Of a stretch of DNA of 55,264 nt, positions 40,268 to 47,627 are shown in pieces. The stretch is from a virus (lineage: Duplodnaviria > Caudoviricetes), in IMG/VR virus record IMGVR_UViG_3300042546_000342, positions 1 through 55,264 of that record. One strand, written 5' to 3'. Position 1 is the first letter of the stretch. Every line of letters starts with the position of its first letter. Both the position numbers and the translations under genes were made by a program. The notes under the pieces were generated by a model that saw only the letters and a program-made list of their open reading frames with translations, was not told the origin of the DNA and searched no databases.

Positions 40268-42165
40268 CGTTGATAGAAGCAGGTAGGATATATTATAATT
40301 GGGGTTACTCGGTAGCGTTCTGCGATGACAAGAAAAAGCCTCTAGGAAGTTGGAAGAAAGCTCAAGAGAAACTAATCGAACCCAAAGAGAAGGACGCTTT
40401 CGGGGCGCACGGGGTGGGGATGATATGCGGTAAGGTAAGCGGAAACCTAGAAGTGATAGACATTGATTTAAAATACGATGTTACGGGTACGCTATACGAC
40501 AGAATTAAGGGAGAAATTAAGTCGTTGCCATTCGCTCACAACTTTCTAGTAGAAACGTCAACTAACAAAGGCATCCACTTTTACTACAAGTGCGAGGCGG
40601 TTGAGGGGAACATCGCCCTATCAAGAAGGTACGCCACAGAAGAAGAACTAAAGGTCAATCCAAAGGAGAAGGTGAAGGTGCTGATTGAAACACGAGGCGA
40701 GGGTGGGTACATAGTCTGCGCCCCGACACAAGGGTATCAGATTACTAGCAAGAAATCAATCTCATTCAAGGACGTACCGACCATCACGCCAAAAGAGAGA
40801 GAACAACTCCACAACATTTTAAAGAAGTTCGACCAAACAAATCTTTGGACAAAGAAGGAAGTTCTAGCACCGATAGCACGGGGCAAGAAGTTAGCCTCGT
40901 CCCCTTTTGATGCTTTCAATATGGACGGTGACGTTCCTAGACTACTCGAAGAAGCGGGATGGACTTATGTGGAAACAGAGGGGAATAATATGAGGTTCAG
41001 ACGGGCGGGGCAAACGGATAGCAGAACGTCAGCAGATTGGCACACAGATAAGAGGATATTCTTCTGCTTTACTTCATCAAGTGAGTTTGAGCCTAGTCGT
41101 GGTTACAACCCCGTACAAGTGTTTGTTATGCTCAAGTACGGCAGTCTTAACAAAGAAACTTACTCGGAAGCGGCTAAAGAGTTGATGAAGATGGGCTACG
41201 GAGATACCATGCCCGAATTGGATGCGATAGATAAGCAGATTGAAGCCGACACAACGGGAACTTACCTAGCAGACGACAGCGAAGCAGACGAGTTCTTGGA
41301 AGCATATCGCAATGATAACTTACAGATGGGTGTTGGTATCGGTATGCCATCGCTAGACCATAATTGGGTATTCAAACCCGCTTCATTTAATATGATTGGT
41401 GGTATGGCGAACATCGGAAAGACCGATAGTTTTCTGTGGTGGCTGACTATGTTAAGTAAAAGACACGGCTTCAATTGGATGGTGTGTTCGATGGAGAACG
41501 ATATTGGAGAGATATTCAAAGTGATAATCGAATACTACTTGTCCAAGCCCATTAAAAAGATTGACAATAACGAATACATCCAAGCTAAGGCGTGGGCTAA
41601 GAAGCATTTTACGGTGTTCTCCAACAAAAGAATATACACCTACCACGATGTACTCAACTCGGCTATAAAGGAGGCTAAGAAAAAGGCTTATGCAGGTTTG
41701 TTGATTGACCCATTGTCCGCCCTTGAGTACGATGTCAAAGAGTTGAAGTTGTACGGAGAGTACCGCTACAACTACCGAATGGCTACGGAGTTCCGCTTGT
41801 TCACCAAGAATACTAAGATAAGTGTGTTTGCTTTGGCGCACCCGAACACAGAAGCAAACAAGAGAATGAAGAACGGATACCCCGAAGCCCCTTATGCGGC
41901 TGATATTGAATACGGCAGTATGTGGAACAATCGTTGCGATAATTTCCTTACTTTGCACAGAAGAATTAGCCACCCTACGGAGTGGTTTATTACCGAGTGG
42001 CACGTCAGAAAGATTAAGAGTAAATTTTCGGGCGGTAACATCACGAGCGAACCGATTAGACTAGAAAGAAACGTGAACTGCTACTACACCGACCTTTACG
42101 GGGCTGTTGGAGAAGTATCTTATCACAATGAACCGCAAAGCGAAGAAGAAGAAGCACCATTTTAA
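40264..42165 (+). CDS. Prim-Pol (AEP) primase fused to DnaB-like helicase
   Basis: VIDID, KGIHFYY, ETRGEGGYIV.AP (Prim-Pol); Walker A GMANIGKT, SMEN, LLIDP, AHP (SF4 helicase); acidic ...EAPF tail. Confidence 0.88.
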   Translation: MTLIEAGRIYYNWGYSVAFCDDKKKPLGSWKKAQEKLIEPKEKDAFGAHGVGMICGKVSGNLEVIDIDLKYDVTGTLYDRIKGEIKSLPFAHNFLVETSTNKGIHFYYKCEAVEGNIALSRRYATEEELKVNPKEKVKVLIETRGEGGYIVCAPTQGYQITSKKSISFKDVPTITPKEREQLHNILKKFDQTNLWTKKEVLAPIARGKKLASSPFDAFNMDGDVPRLLEEAGWTYVETEGNNMRFRRAGQTDSRTSADWHTDKRIFFCFTSSSEFEPSRGYNPVQVFVMLKYGSLNKETYSEAAKELMKMGYGDTMPELDAIDKQIEADTTGTYLADDSEADEFLEAYRNDNLQMGVGIGMPSLDHNWVFKPASFNMIGGMANIGKTDSFLWWLTMLSKRHGFNWMVCSMENDIGEIFKVIIEYYLSKPIKKIDNNEYIQAKAWAKKHFTVFSNKRIYTYHDVLNSAIKEAKKKAYAGLLIDPLSALEYDVKELKLYGEYRYNYRMATEFRLFTKNTKISVFALAHPNTEANKRMKNGYPEAPYAADIEYGSMWNNRCDNFLTLHRRISHPTEWFITEWHVRKIKSKFSGGNITSEPIRLERNVNCYYTDLYGAVGEVSYHNEPQSEEEEAPF

Positions 42166-42174
42166 ATTATATAT

Positions 42175-42846
42175 ATGAAAATAGCACTATTATCATCAGT
42201 ATTCGGAGGACACGACACCTCGAAAGAAGTACCCGCCCAAGAAGGGTTTGAGTACAAGACTTTTTTCTTTAACGAGGACAACAGCAGACCGTTTCCCAAT
42301 CTTAATGACAGACTAAAGTCCAAGTATTACAAGTGCCAATCGCACAGAGTGGAAGAACTCAAGGAATACGACCTACATTGTTGGGTGGACGGTAGCGTAC
42401 AAATAACAAGCCCGTTGTTCCTAAAAGATATGGCTACTAGATTACTAGAAAGCGGTGGGGATATAGTTATTGGCAAACATAATCAACGAGAATGTATCTA
42501 CGATGAATTAGACGTAGTTATTAACTCTAAAGACGAGTATTTGACATCAAGGTACGCCAATCAGCAGTTACCCCTTGAACGAGCGTTCTATGTGGAGCAA
42601 GGACACCCGCCTAAATGGGGGCTATGGTCGTGCGGAATATGGATGAGGCACAACGGAATAAAAATGAACGAAGCCTTCGACCTTTGGTGGGATATTAACA
42701 TCACATATTCATACTTTGACCAACCCGCTTTTTGTTACTCTATGCGGAAGCACGGAATTAACATAGTCCAAGCACCGTATATCGAGAAAGGCGATGTATT
42801 TAAGAACGATTATTTTTATAGACTAGAACACAATAAAATAGCATGA
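42175..42846 (+). CDS. Glycosyltransferase-like protein (TOD1/MUCI70, DUF616-like)
   Basis: VFGGHD, WVDGS, H..RECIYDE, DQPAF.Y motifs. Confidence 0.75.
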   Translation: MKIALLSSVFGGHDTSKEVPAQEGFEYKTFFFNEDNSRPFPNLNDRLKSKYYKCQSHRVEELKEYDLHCWVDGSVQITSPLFLKDMATRLLESGGDIVIGKHNQRECIYDELDVVINSKDEYLTSRYANQQLPLERAFYVEQGHPPKWGLWSCGIWMRHNGIKMNEAFDLWWDINITYSYFDQPAFCYSMRKHGINIVQAPYIEKGDVFKNDYFYRLEHNKIA

Positions 42847-43184
42847 ACCAAGAAGAATTAGCCAAAGAACTATCGCAGAGTTTATTCAGACAGACTTACT
42901 TAATGAAGATGCTACACATCGAGCATCAGACTTTCTTGAAGTTTAAGGGGTTGAATAGCGGATTTAAAAACACCCTAGCTATGCTCGTGAACGGATTTAA
43001 GAACGGAATTGAGCGATTAAAAGACTATATGCCTAACTCTAGGAAAGCCTTTGAGCAGGAGATGGCTATGAGCGAAGAAAAGATGATGGCTTTGTCCAAT
43101 ATCTTCTCGGTGCTTATTCTGCTACCTTTGGAAGATGTGGAAAAGATTGAAGAGCAATGTAACGACATAAAAAAATCAATATGA
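42843..43184 (+). CDS. Hypothetical helical protein
   Basis: 113 aa, ATGA-coupled between the glycosyltransferase genes. Confidence 0.65.
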   Translation: MNQEELAKELSQSLFRQTYLMKMLHIEHQTFLKFKGLNSGFKNTLAMLVNGFKNGIERLKDYMPNSRKAFEQEMAMSEEKMMALSNIFSVLILLPLEDVEKIEEQCNDIKKSI

Positions 43185-43831
43185 CAATAGCCATCCCGAC
43201 CTACTACAAGGACAGCCGAACACTAGATAAGCTAGACTTACTATTCAAGTCCATATCCGCACAAAAGAATGTGGATTTTTCGGTTTTGGTCAGCGATAAC
43301 TCCGAACTCGACCATATTGAGAACCTTTGCGCCCGATATGGGTTCAGCCATCAGTATTGCGATAGAAAAGGAACTTCTGCCAACACTAACGCTTTACTCG
43401 ACCAACTAGACGGTAAGATAAAGATAATGTACCAAGATGACCTCTTTATGACCGACACGGCACTAAAGGAGTTCAGCGATGCCCTAGATAATTACAAGTG
43501 GGTAGTATCTACGTCAACTTTAATTGACGAGCGAGGACTGCCTATGTGGGGAGTTAATAATCCTCATTTCCACCACCGCCTAACCCACTCTAATACAATC
43601 GGTATGCCATCTGTGGTCGGGCTGTGGGGAACGGACGTAAGAATGGACACTAGACTGATTACTTTATTGGACACCGACTTTTACAACAAGCTAGTAAAAA
43701 AATATGGGCTTCCGTACATAATACAGAAACCCATTATTGGTCAAAGAGTTTGGAGTGGAAGCGTATCAGCTAGCTTGAGCCAAAGCGACAAGATTAATGA
43801 CCTCGCTATTCTCGCATCCGATTTTTCTTAG
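43181..43831 (+). CDS. Glycosyltransferase family 2-like
   Basis: IAIPTY, LVSDNS, YQDD, IGMPSVV, LLDTDFY motifs. Confidence 0.8.
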   Translation: MTIAIPTYYKDSRTLDKLDLLFKSISAQKNVDFSVLVSDNSELDHIENLCARYGFSHQYCDRKGTSANTNALLDQLDGKIKIMYQDDLFMTDTALKEFSDALDNYKWVVSTSTLIDERGLPMWGVNNPHFHHRLTHSNTIGMPSVVGLWGTDVRMDTRLITLLDTDFYNKLVKKYGLPYIIQKPIIGQRVWSGSVSASLSQSDKINDLAILASDFS

Positions 43832-44269
43832 CAGAGTGTTTAAATTTTTCAACACCGCTTGGTTTTTCTCGCCCGTGATGGCGTACAGTCTTACCAATTC
43901 AGAGTAAGCGTCCGATACAAAGTCAGAATAATTCTTTTGGCGCAACAAAGGTTCTGCGTAGTCAGAAACCATGCTCACCGCTTGAGCGACTTGTAGTCTT
44001 ACCTCCTCGTCACTATCGCATAAGTCTTGGAGTTCTTGGAGTGAACTTAGGATGGTAGAGTGGTGACGACCACCGATTTCTTTTCCTATGTCTTTTAGAG
44101 TGAACGGGTACATCCCGTCCAAGTAATGCTTGCGTAGCATATAGCAGAATAAGTGTCGTGCTTGAGCGATAGGTCTTAGCCTACTCTTTGATTTGATTTG
44201 TTCTTGAGTGATACCTGTTAAGGTGTACACAATCATAAATGCTTCGTTGATTTTTTCTGTTCTGTTCAT
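43766..44269 (-). CDS. Protein with DnaA C-terminal (domain IV) HTH
   Basis: KSR...IAQARHLFCY..RK...LKDIGKEIGGRHHSTIL; no AAA+ domain. Confidence 0.85.
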   Translation of the reverse strand: MNRTEKINEAFMIVYTLTGITQEQIKSKSRLRPIAQARHLFCYMLRKHYLDGMYPFTLKDIGKEIGGRHHSTILSSLQELQDLCDSDEEVRLQVAQAVSMVSDYAEPLLRQKNYSDFVSDAYSELVRLYAITGEKNQAVLKNLNTLLRKIGCENSEVINLVALAQAS

Positions 44270-45666
44270 ATGTATCTAGTTTTAGTTGATGGTATTGAAA
44301 TATAATTCGGTGTTCCACTTGCTATCCATTCTTCGTCCTCGTATCGTGTACCCACTTTCGGTGCGTCCAATCTTCTGATATAATTTGTCCTAGACCACCA
44401 AAAGTTCCCTTCGTAGAAGCCTATCCAATTCACACCGCAAGTATCGTAACCATTTCTGATATGTGCAATGCAGTCACGCCAATTTAACAAAACTTGTGTA
44501 TTCATTTCATCCCTCCATTCCGCCACGTTGTCCGCCACTTTACTAGCTCCCTTAGTGTGGAAGTATAGAATGATACTCGGCACGGTTTGAGATAGCTCGT
44601 GCATAAGGGTGATGGTAGGTCTTTCGTAGCCTTCCACTCCCCAATAGTGGAACTTAAACTTATCTCCGTCTAGTATGTCAATCAAGTCCTTAGTATCCTC
44701 TTGCGCCCCAATCACCCCTACATGGATTTCTTGTAGTTCGTAGTACAGACCCGACCTTTTCATAATCTCGTATTGTTCGGTCACGATGGACTTCCAAGCG
44801 TTTTTCATATAAACATGATAGTAGCCAATTATCCGTTTGTTGTCGGCTAGCTTCGGGGTGTAGGTGAACTTCTCTTTGAAGCCTGCCATATCAAAATAGT
44901 AGGACACGAAGTCGTTGTATATTTTGATTATGTCTGTGCTTTTCACTTCTGTGCCAATGATGGACAGACCTATGTACTTATCAATGATGTACTCTTTACT
45001 GCGCCAATCGTTCAGTATGTGTAGGTAGATAGGTCGCCACGACTTTTTGTGAGGAAGAACACCCGTGATAGCACACGCTATGTTGAAAGCTAGTTCGTCA
45101 GGGAATTGTTCTCGCCAAGTTTCTGCTTTAAAGCCCGATTTCAGCACCTTTCTAGCTTCGCAGAATACTGCCTTAGCTTTATCGTTATTAAGCCAAAGAA
45201 TAACGGACGAGTTTACTTGCGGTATTTTTGTGTCAAGTGGTAGGTTGAAGAACTTAGCTATGTCCTCATACTTCGCCCACGCCCGATACTTGGGGGACGG
45301 TTCGCCCGATAAGGGGGAGATACCAATATTGAACATCGTAAAATCACTACTCTGCAAGAACATCTCATCAACTGAATGTGACGGATTGATAATCGTATCA
45401 GCGTCTAGGAATAAAGTTTCATGGTAAGGGGTCATCAAGTCTAGCGACACCTTGAGTTCCATTACTTGCTTGTTGGGCGTTACATTGTCCTCGATTAAGA
45501 TGTGGTGGTCGAACACGGCTAGATAGTCTTCTAGTCCCTTAAATGCCGACTTAGAATAGATAATTCCTATCGGTGTTCGGCTGTTCTGTTTTATGGACAC
45601 CGCTAGTGCGACAGCCATCCGCCCGTATAGGGGTTCTCCTACGGCTATTGTTAGTATTCCTTTCAT
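44266..45666 (-). CDS. Two-domain glycosyltransferase-like protein
   Basis: N-terminal GT8-like domain (FLDADT, VNSSVI, PDE.AFN). C-terminal domain with YE.PT, YFHTKG and GNFWW motifs. Confidence 0.7.
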   Translation of the reverse strand: MKGILTIAVGEPLYGRMAVALAVSIKQNSRTPIGIIYSKSAFKGLEDYLAVFDHHILIEDNVTPNKQVMELKVSLDLMTPYHETLFLDADTIINPSHSVDEMFLQSSDFTMFNIGISPLSGEPSPKYRAWAKYEDIAKFFNLPLDTKIPQVNSSVILWLNNDKAKAVFCEARKVLKSGFKAETWREQFPDELAFNIACAITGVLPHKKSWRPIYLHILNDWRSKEYIIDKYIGLSIIGTEVKSTDIIKIYNDFVSYYFDMAGFKEKFTYTPKLADNKRIIGYYHVYMKNAWKSIVTEQYEIMKRSGLYYELQEIHVGVIGAQEDTKDLIDILDGDKFKFHYWGVEGYERPTITLMHELSQTVPSIILYFHTKGASKVADNVAEWRDEMNTQVLLNWRDCIAHIRNGYDTCGVNWIGFYEGNFWWSRTNYIRRLDAPKVGTRYEDEEWIASGTPNYISIPSTKTRYI

Positions 45667-45681
45667 GGTTATGTTCGATTT

Positions 45682-45903
45682 TTAAAATGGACAATTTTGT
45701 TTTGGTATTAGTTCTATTTCGCTTTTTAGTTTTTCTAGGCTGACAAAATTGCGGTTAATGTAATATCCTGCTTTGCCTCCTTTTATGGTTTTCTTTATTT
45801 CTTTACTCGTTTTTAAGTTAATCAATTTTTTACATTCAGTCCAAACATAATGATGGAATACCTTGTGCCTCCACTTTGATTTGTAACTACATAAAACATT
45901 CAT
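45682..45903 (-). CDS. Small basic hypothetical protein
   Basis: Track ORF 45682-45927; ATG 45903 preferred over the TTG start. Confidence 0.5.
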   Translation of the reverse strand: MNVLCSYKSKWRHKVFHHYVWTECKKLINLKTSKEIKKTIKGGKAGYYINRNFVSLEKLKSEIELIPKQNCPF

Positions 45904-45952
45904 AATCAAATTTATTTTAATGGGCAAAGTTGCACATATTTACGAGTTATGG

Positions 45953-46162
45953 CTAATTGCCTTGCGACACGAATACTTTTAGCGTTCTGCCATTATCTTG
46001 CACCCGTAATTCCGTTCTGTTTGTTGGTTTCCAATTAACATAGCTTCTGCCTTTTTCGTCAATCACTTCAACTCTGTTAATCATTGCAGTCGGCAACATA
46101 GCCATAACATCGGCTATGCTCAATGCATTACCTTCTGCATTAAATAATCCTGTGTTTTCCAT
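45953..46162 (-). CDS. Cassette-associated hypothetical protein reading through a repeat arm
   Basis: 69 aa; LSIADVMA is encoded by the arm at 46099-46123 and the stop lies in the 45946-45955 arm. Confidence 0.65.
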   Translation of the reverse strand: MENTGLFNAEGNALSIADVMAMLPTAMINRVEVIDEKGRSYVNWKPTNRTELRVQDNGRTLKVFVSQGN

Positions 46163-46294
46163 ATCAAATTTTTTTTTTAAAATTAGCTTAGTATTTCAAA
46201 TACGGCACTAAGCATAGCCGTTTACCGTTATAAAACATTGAAACGATTTTATAACACCAAATAGGCGTAAGGCTTAGTTTCGTTCTTTGTATTA

Positions 46295-46462
46295 TCATTT
46301 CGTTTCAAAAATTATTTTTCTATCGCTTCGTTCTTCAAATTTTCGTATGCAACTTTCTAAATCGTGGTCATCTGTTATTCCACTTAAATAATCTCCAGCT
46401 TCACCACTTATTATATCAAATAGTAGTTGCAACTCTTCTTTTGTAAATTTTGTTTCTTCCAT
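46295..46462 (-). CDS. 55-aa acidic protein inside the loop of an attC-like site (absent from ORF track)
   Basis: MEETKFTKEELQLLFDIISGE...IIFETK*, between arms 46257-46269 and 46516-46528. Confidence 0.55.
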   Translation of the reverse strand: MEETKFTKEELQLLFDIISGEAGDYLSGITDDHDLESCIRKFEERSDRKIIFETK

Positions 46463-46546
46463 AAAATAATTTTTGTTTAGTTCTTTGTATAAAGTTTATA
46501 GATTAATAATCGCCCTACGCCTATTTGGATAACGTTATAACCAATG

Positions 46547-46822
46547 CTAACAAGCAGTAGTCATATAATCAAAATTTTCGGACTTGCTGAACAAATCAAT
46601 AACCGCTTCTGTTGAAATTGGTATAATGTGATATGTTTCACTATTCCGTTTTTTAATGTATAATTTAGGCTTGTCAAGTTCTCCACTCGTTACGCAAACC
46701 ATTTGGTTTTTATTTACTTTTTTCTCTAAAGCAAATCCGTGATAGCCTGTTTGTTTAAACTCGACATTACAACTCATATCGGTTCTTTCAAATCCTAAAT
46801 CAATGTATTTTTGGTATTCCAT
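46547..46822 (-). CDS. Cassette hypothetical protein
   Basis: 91 aa filling the interval between 15-bp inverted repeats; TAG stop overlaps the arm. Confidence 0.7.
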   Translation of the reverse strand: MEYQKYIDLGFERTDMSCNVEFKQTGYHGFALEKKVNKNQMVCVTSGELDKPKLYIKKRNSETYHIIPISTEAVIDLFSKSENFDYMTTAC

Positions 46823-46935
46823 ATTGTTATTTTTTTAAGTTAATTAATCAAAAGCACTGGTTATAACAGCACATAAGCAAAAGCCCAAATTCCACCGCAC
46901 AAAGCCGACACACAACTGCGTATAGCTGCATCACG

Positions 46936-47109
46936 TTACCTAATTTCCATTTTCAAAATATAATTACCGCCATATCGGATGCTACGGAGTTCGGTTTTTA
47001 AATTCTTTTCTTGAGTTTTTTGTAGTTCGGTTTGAACATAATTAACCCATGCAAGATACGACAAATTTTCGGGGCGTTCAATAGTTTTTGAGATTTTTAC
47101 TTCTGTCAT
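46936..47109 (-). CDS. 57-aa hypothetical protein (absent from ORF track)
   Basis: MTEVKISKTIERPENL...KMEIR*; its TAA is the TAA of the TAAC core at 46935-46938. Confidence 0.55.
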   Translation of the reverse strand: MTEVKISKTIERPENLSYLAWVNYVQTELQKTQEKNLKTELRSIRYGGNYILKMEIR

Positions 47110-47112
47110 GGT

Positions 47113-47220
47113 TTAGTTTTTTGAATGAGTTAAATTGAATACAATTCTGTCTAGTATAACGTACACGGGTACTCCCTCTTGTGCCGCTTGCTTCTCTAGG
47201 TCTTGGATGGTTAGTGCCAT
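47113..47220 (-). CDS. 35-aa microprotein
   Basis: MALTIQDLEKQAAQEGVPVYVILDRIVFNLTHSKN*, fills the gap between neighbours. Confidence 0.5.
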   Translation of the reverse strand: MALTIQDLEKQAAQEGVPVYVILDRIVFNLTHSKN

Positions 47221-47221
47221 A

Positions 47222-47488
47222 TTAGTTGGTTGCTTTTTGGATTACTGCTTCAAATAATTCGACCAAAGCGGGGTTTGTGTCGTAAACGTGGGCGTGGTCA
47301 ACTGCTTCTCTCAATACAGAAAGCATATCGGGCGCATTTGCAATTAATTTTGCGTTTGCTTCGGCTTCATCTTCAAAAAGTGTATTTATTGTGCAAACTG
47401 TACCCATCATTGTATTTCTTGCCCTTACTTTTAATTCGTTGTTATGGTTACTTACAAACCATTCGCCTTGTGTGTGTTTAGTTTCCAT
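47222..47488 (-). CDS. Small phage protein, KHT.G.W...EANAKLIA.APD family
   Basis: Same motif pattern as 51804-52085. Confidence 0.7.
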   Translation of the reverse strand: METKHTQGEWFVSNHNNELKVRARNTMMGTVCTINTLFEDEAEANAKLIANAPDMLSVLREAVDHAHVYDTNPALVELFEAVIQKATN

Positions 47489-47627
47489 TGTTTTCAGTTT
47501 TAGCTTGTTGAGATAATTTTAATACTTGCAAGATGTACCCGTGTAGCGTTCTGCCGTCTTTCTTTGCGGAGGATTTGAGTTTCATTTTTAGTTCCTCGTC
47601 TAGTTTAATGCTCGTTGGCTTTTTCAT
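47478..47627 (-). CDS. Ribbon-helix-helix (Arc/CopG-like) protein, 49 aa (absent from ORF track)
   Basis: PTSIKLDEELKMKLKSSAKKDGRTLHGYILQVL fits strand-helix-G-R-T-helix. Confidence 0.7.
   Translation of the reverse strand: MKKPTSIKLDEELKMKLKSSAKKDGRTLHGYILQVLKLSQQAKTENNGN

Larger units (their letters stand above)
45929..46942. mobile_element. Array of integron attC-like nested inverted repeats with gene cassettes; no integrase in window
   Basis: Cassette-bounding pairs GTTATGGCTA/TAGCCATAAC, GTTATAAAA/TTTTATAAC, GTTATAACCAATGCT/AGCACTGGTTATAAC. Inner arms CGGCTATGCT/AGCATAGCCG and CCAAATAGGCGTA/TACGCCTATTTGG. Confidence 0.65.
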
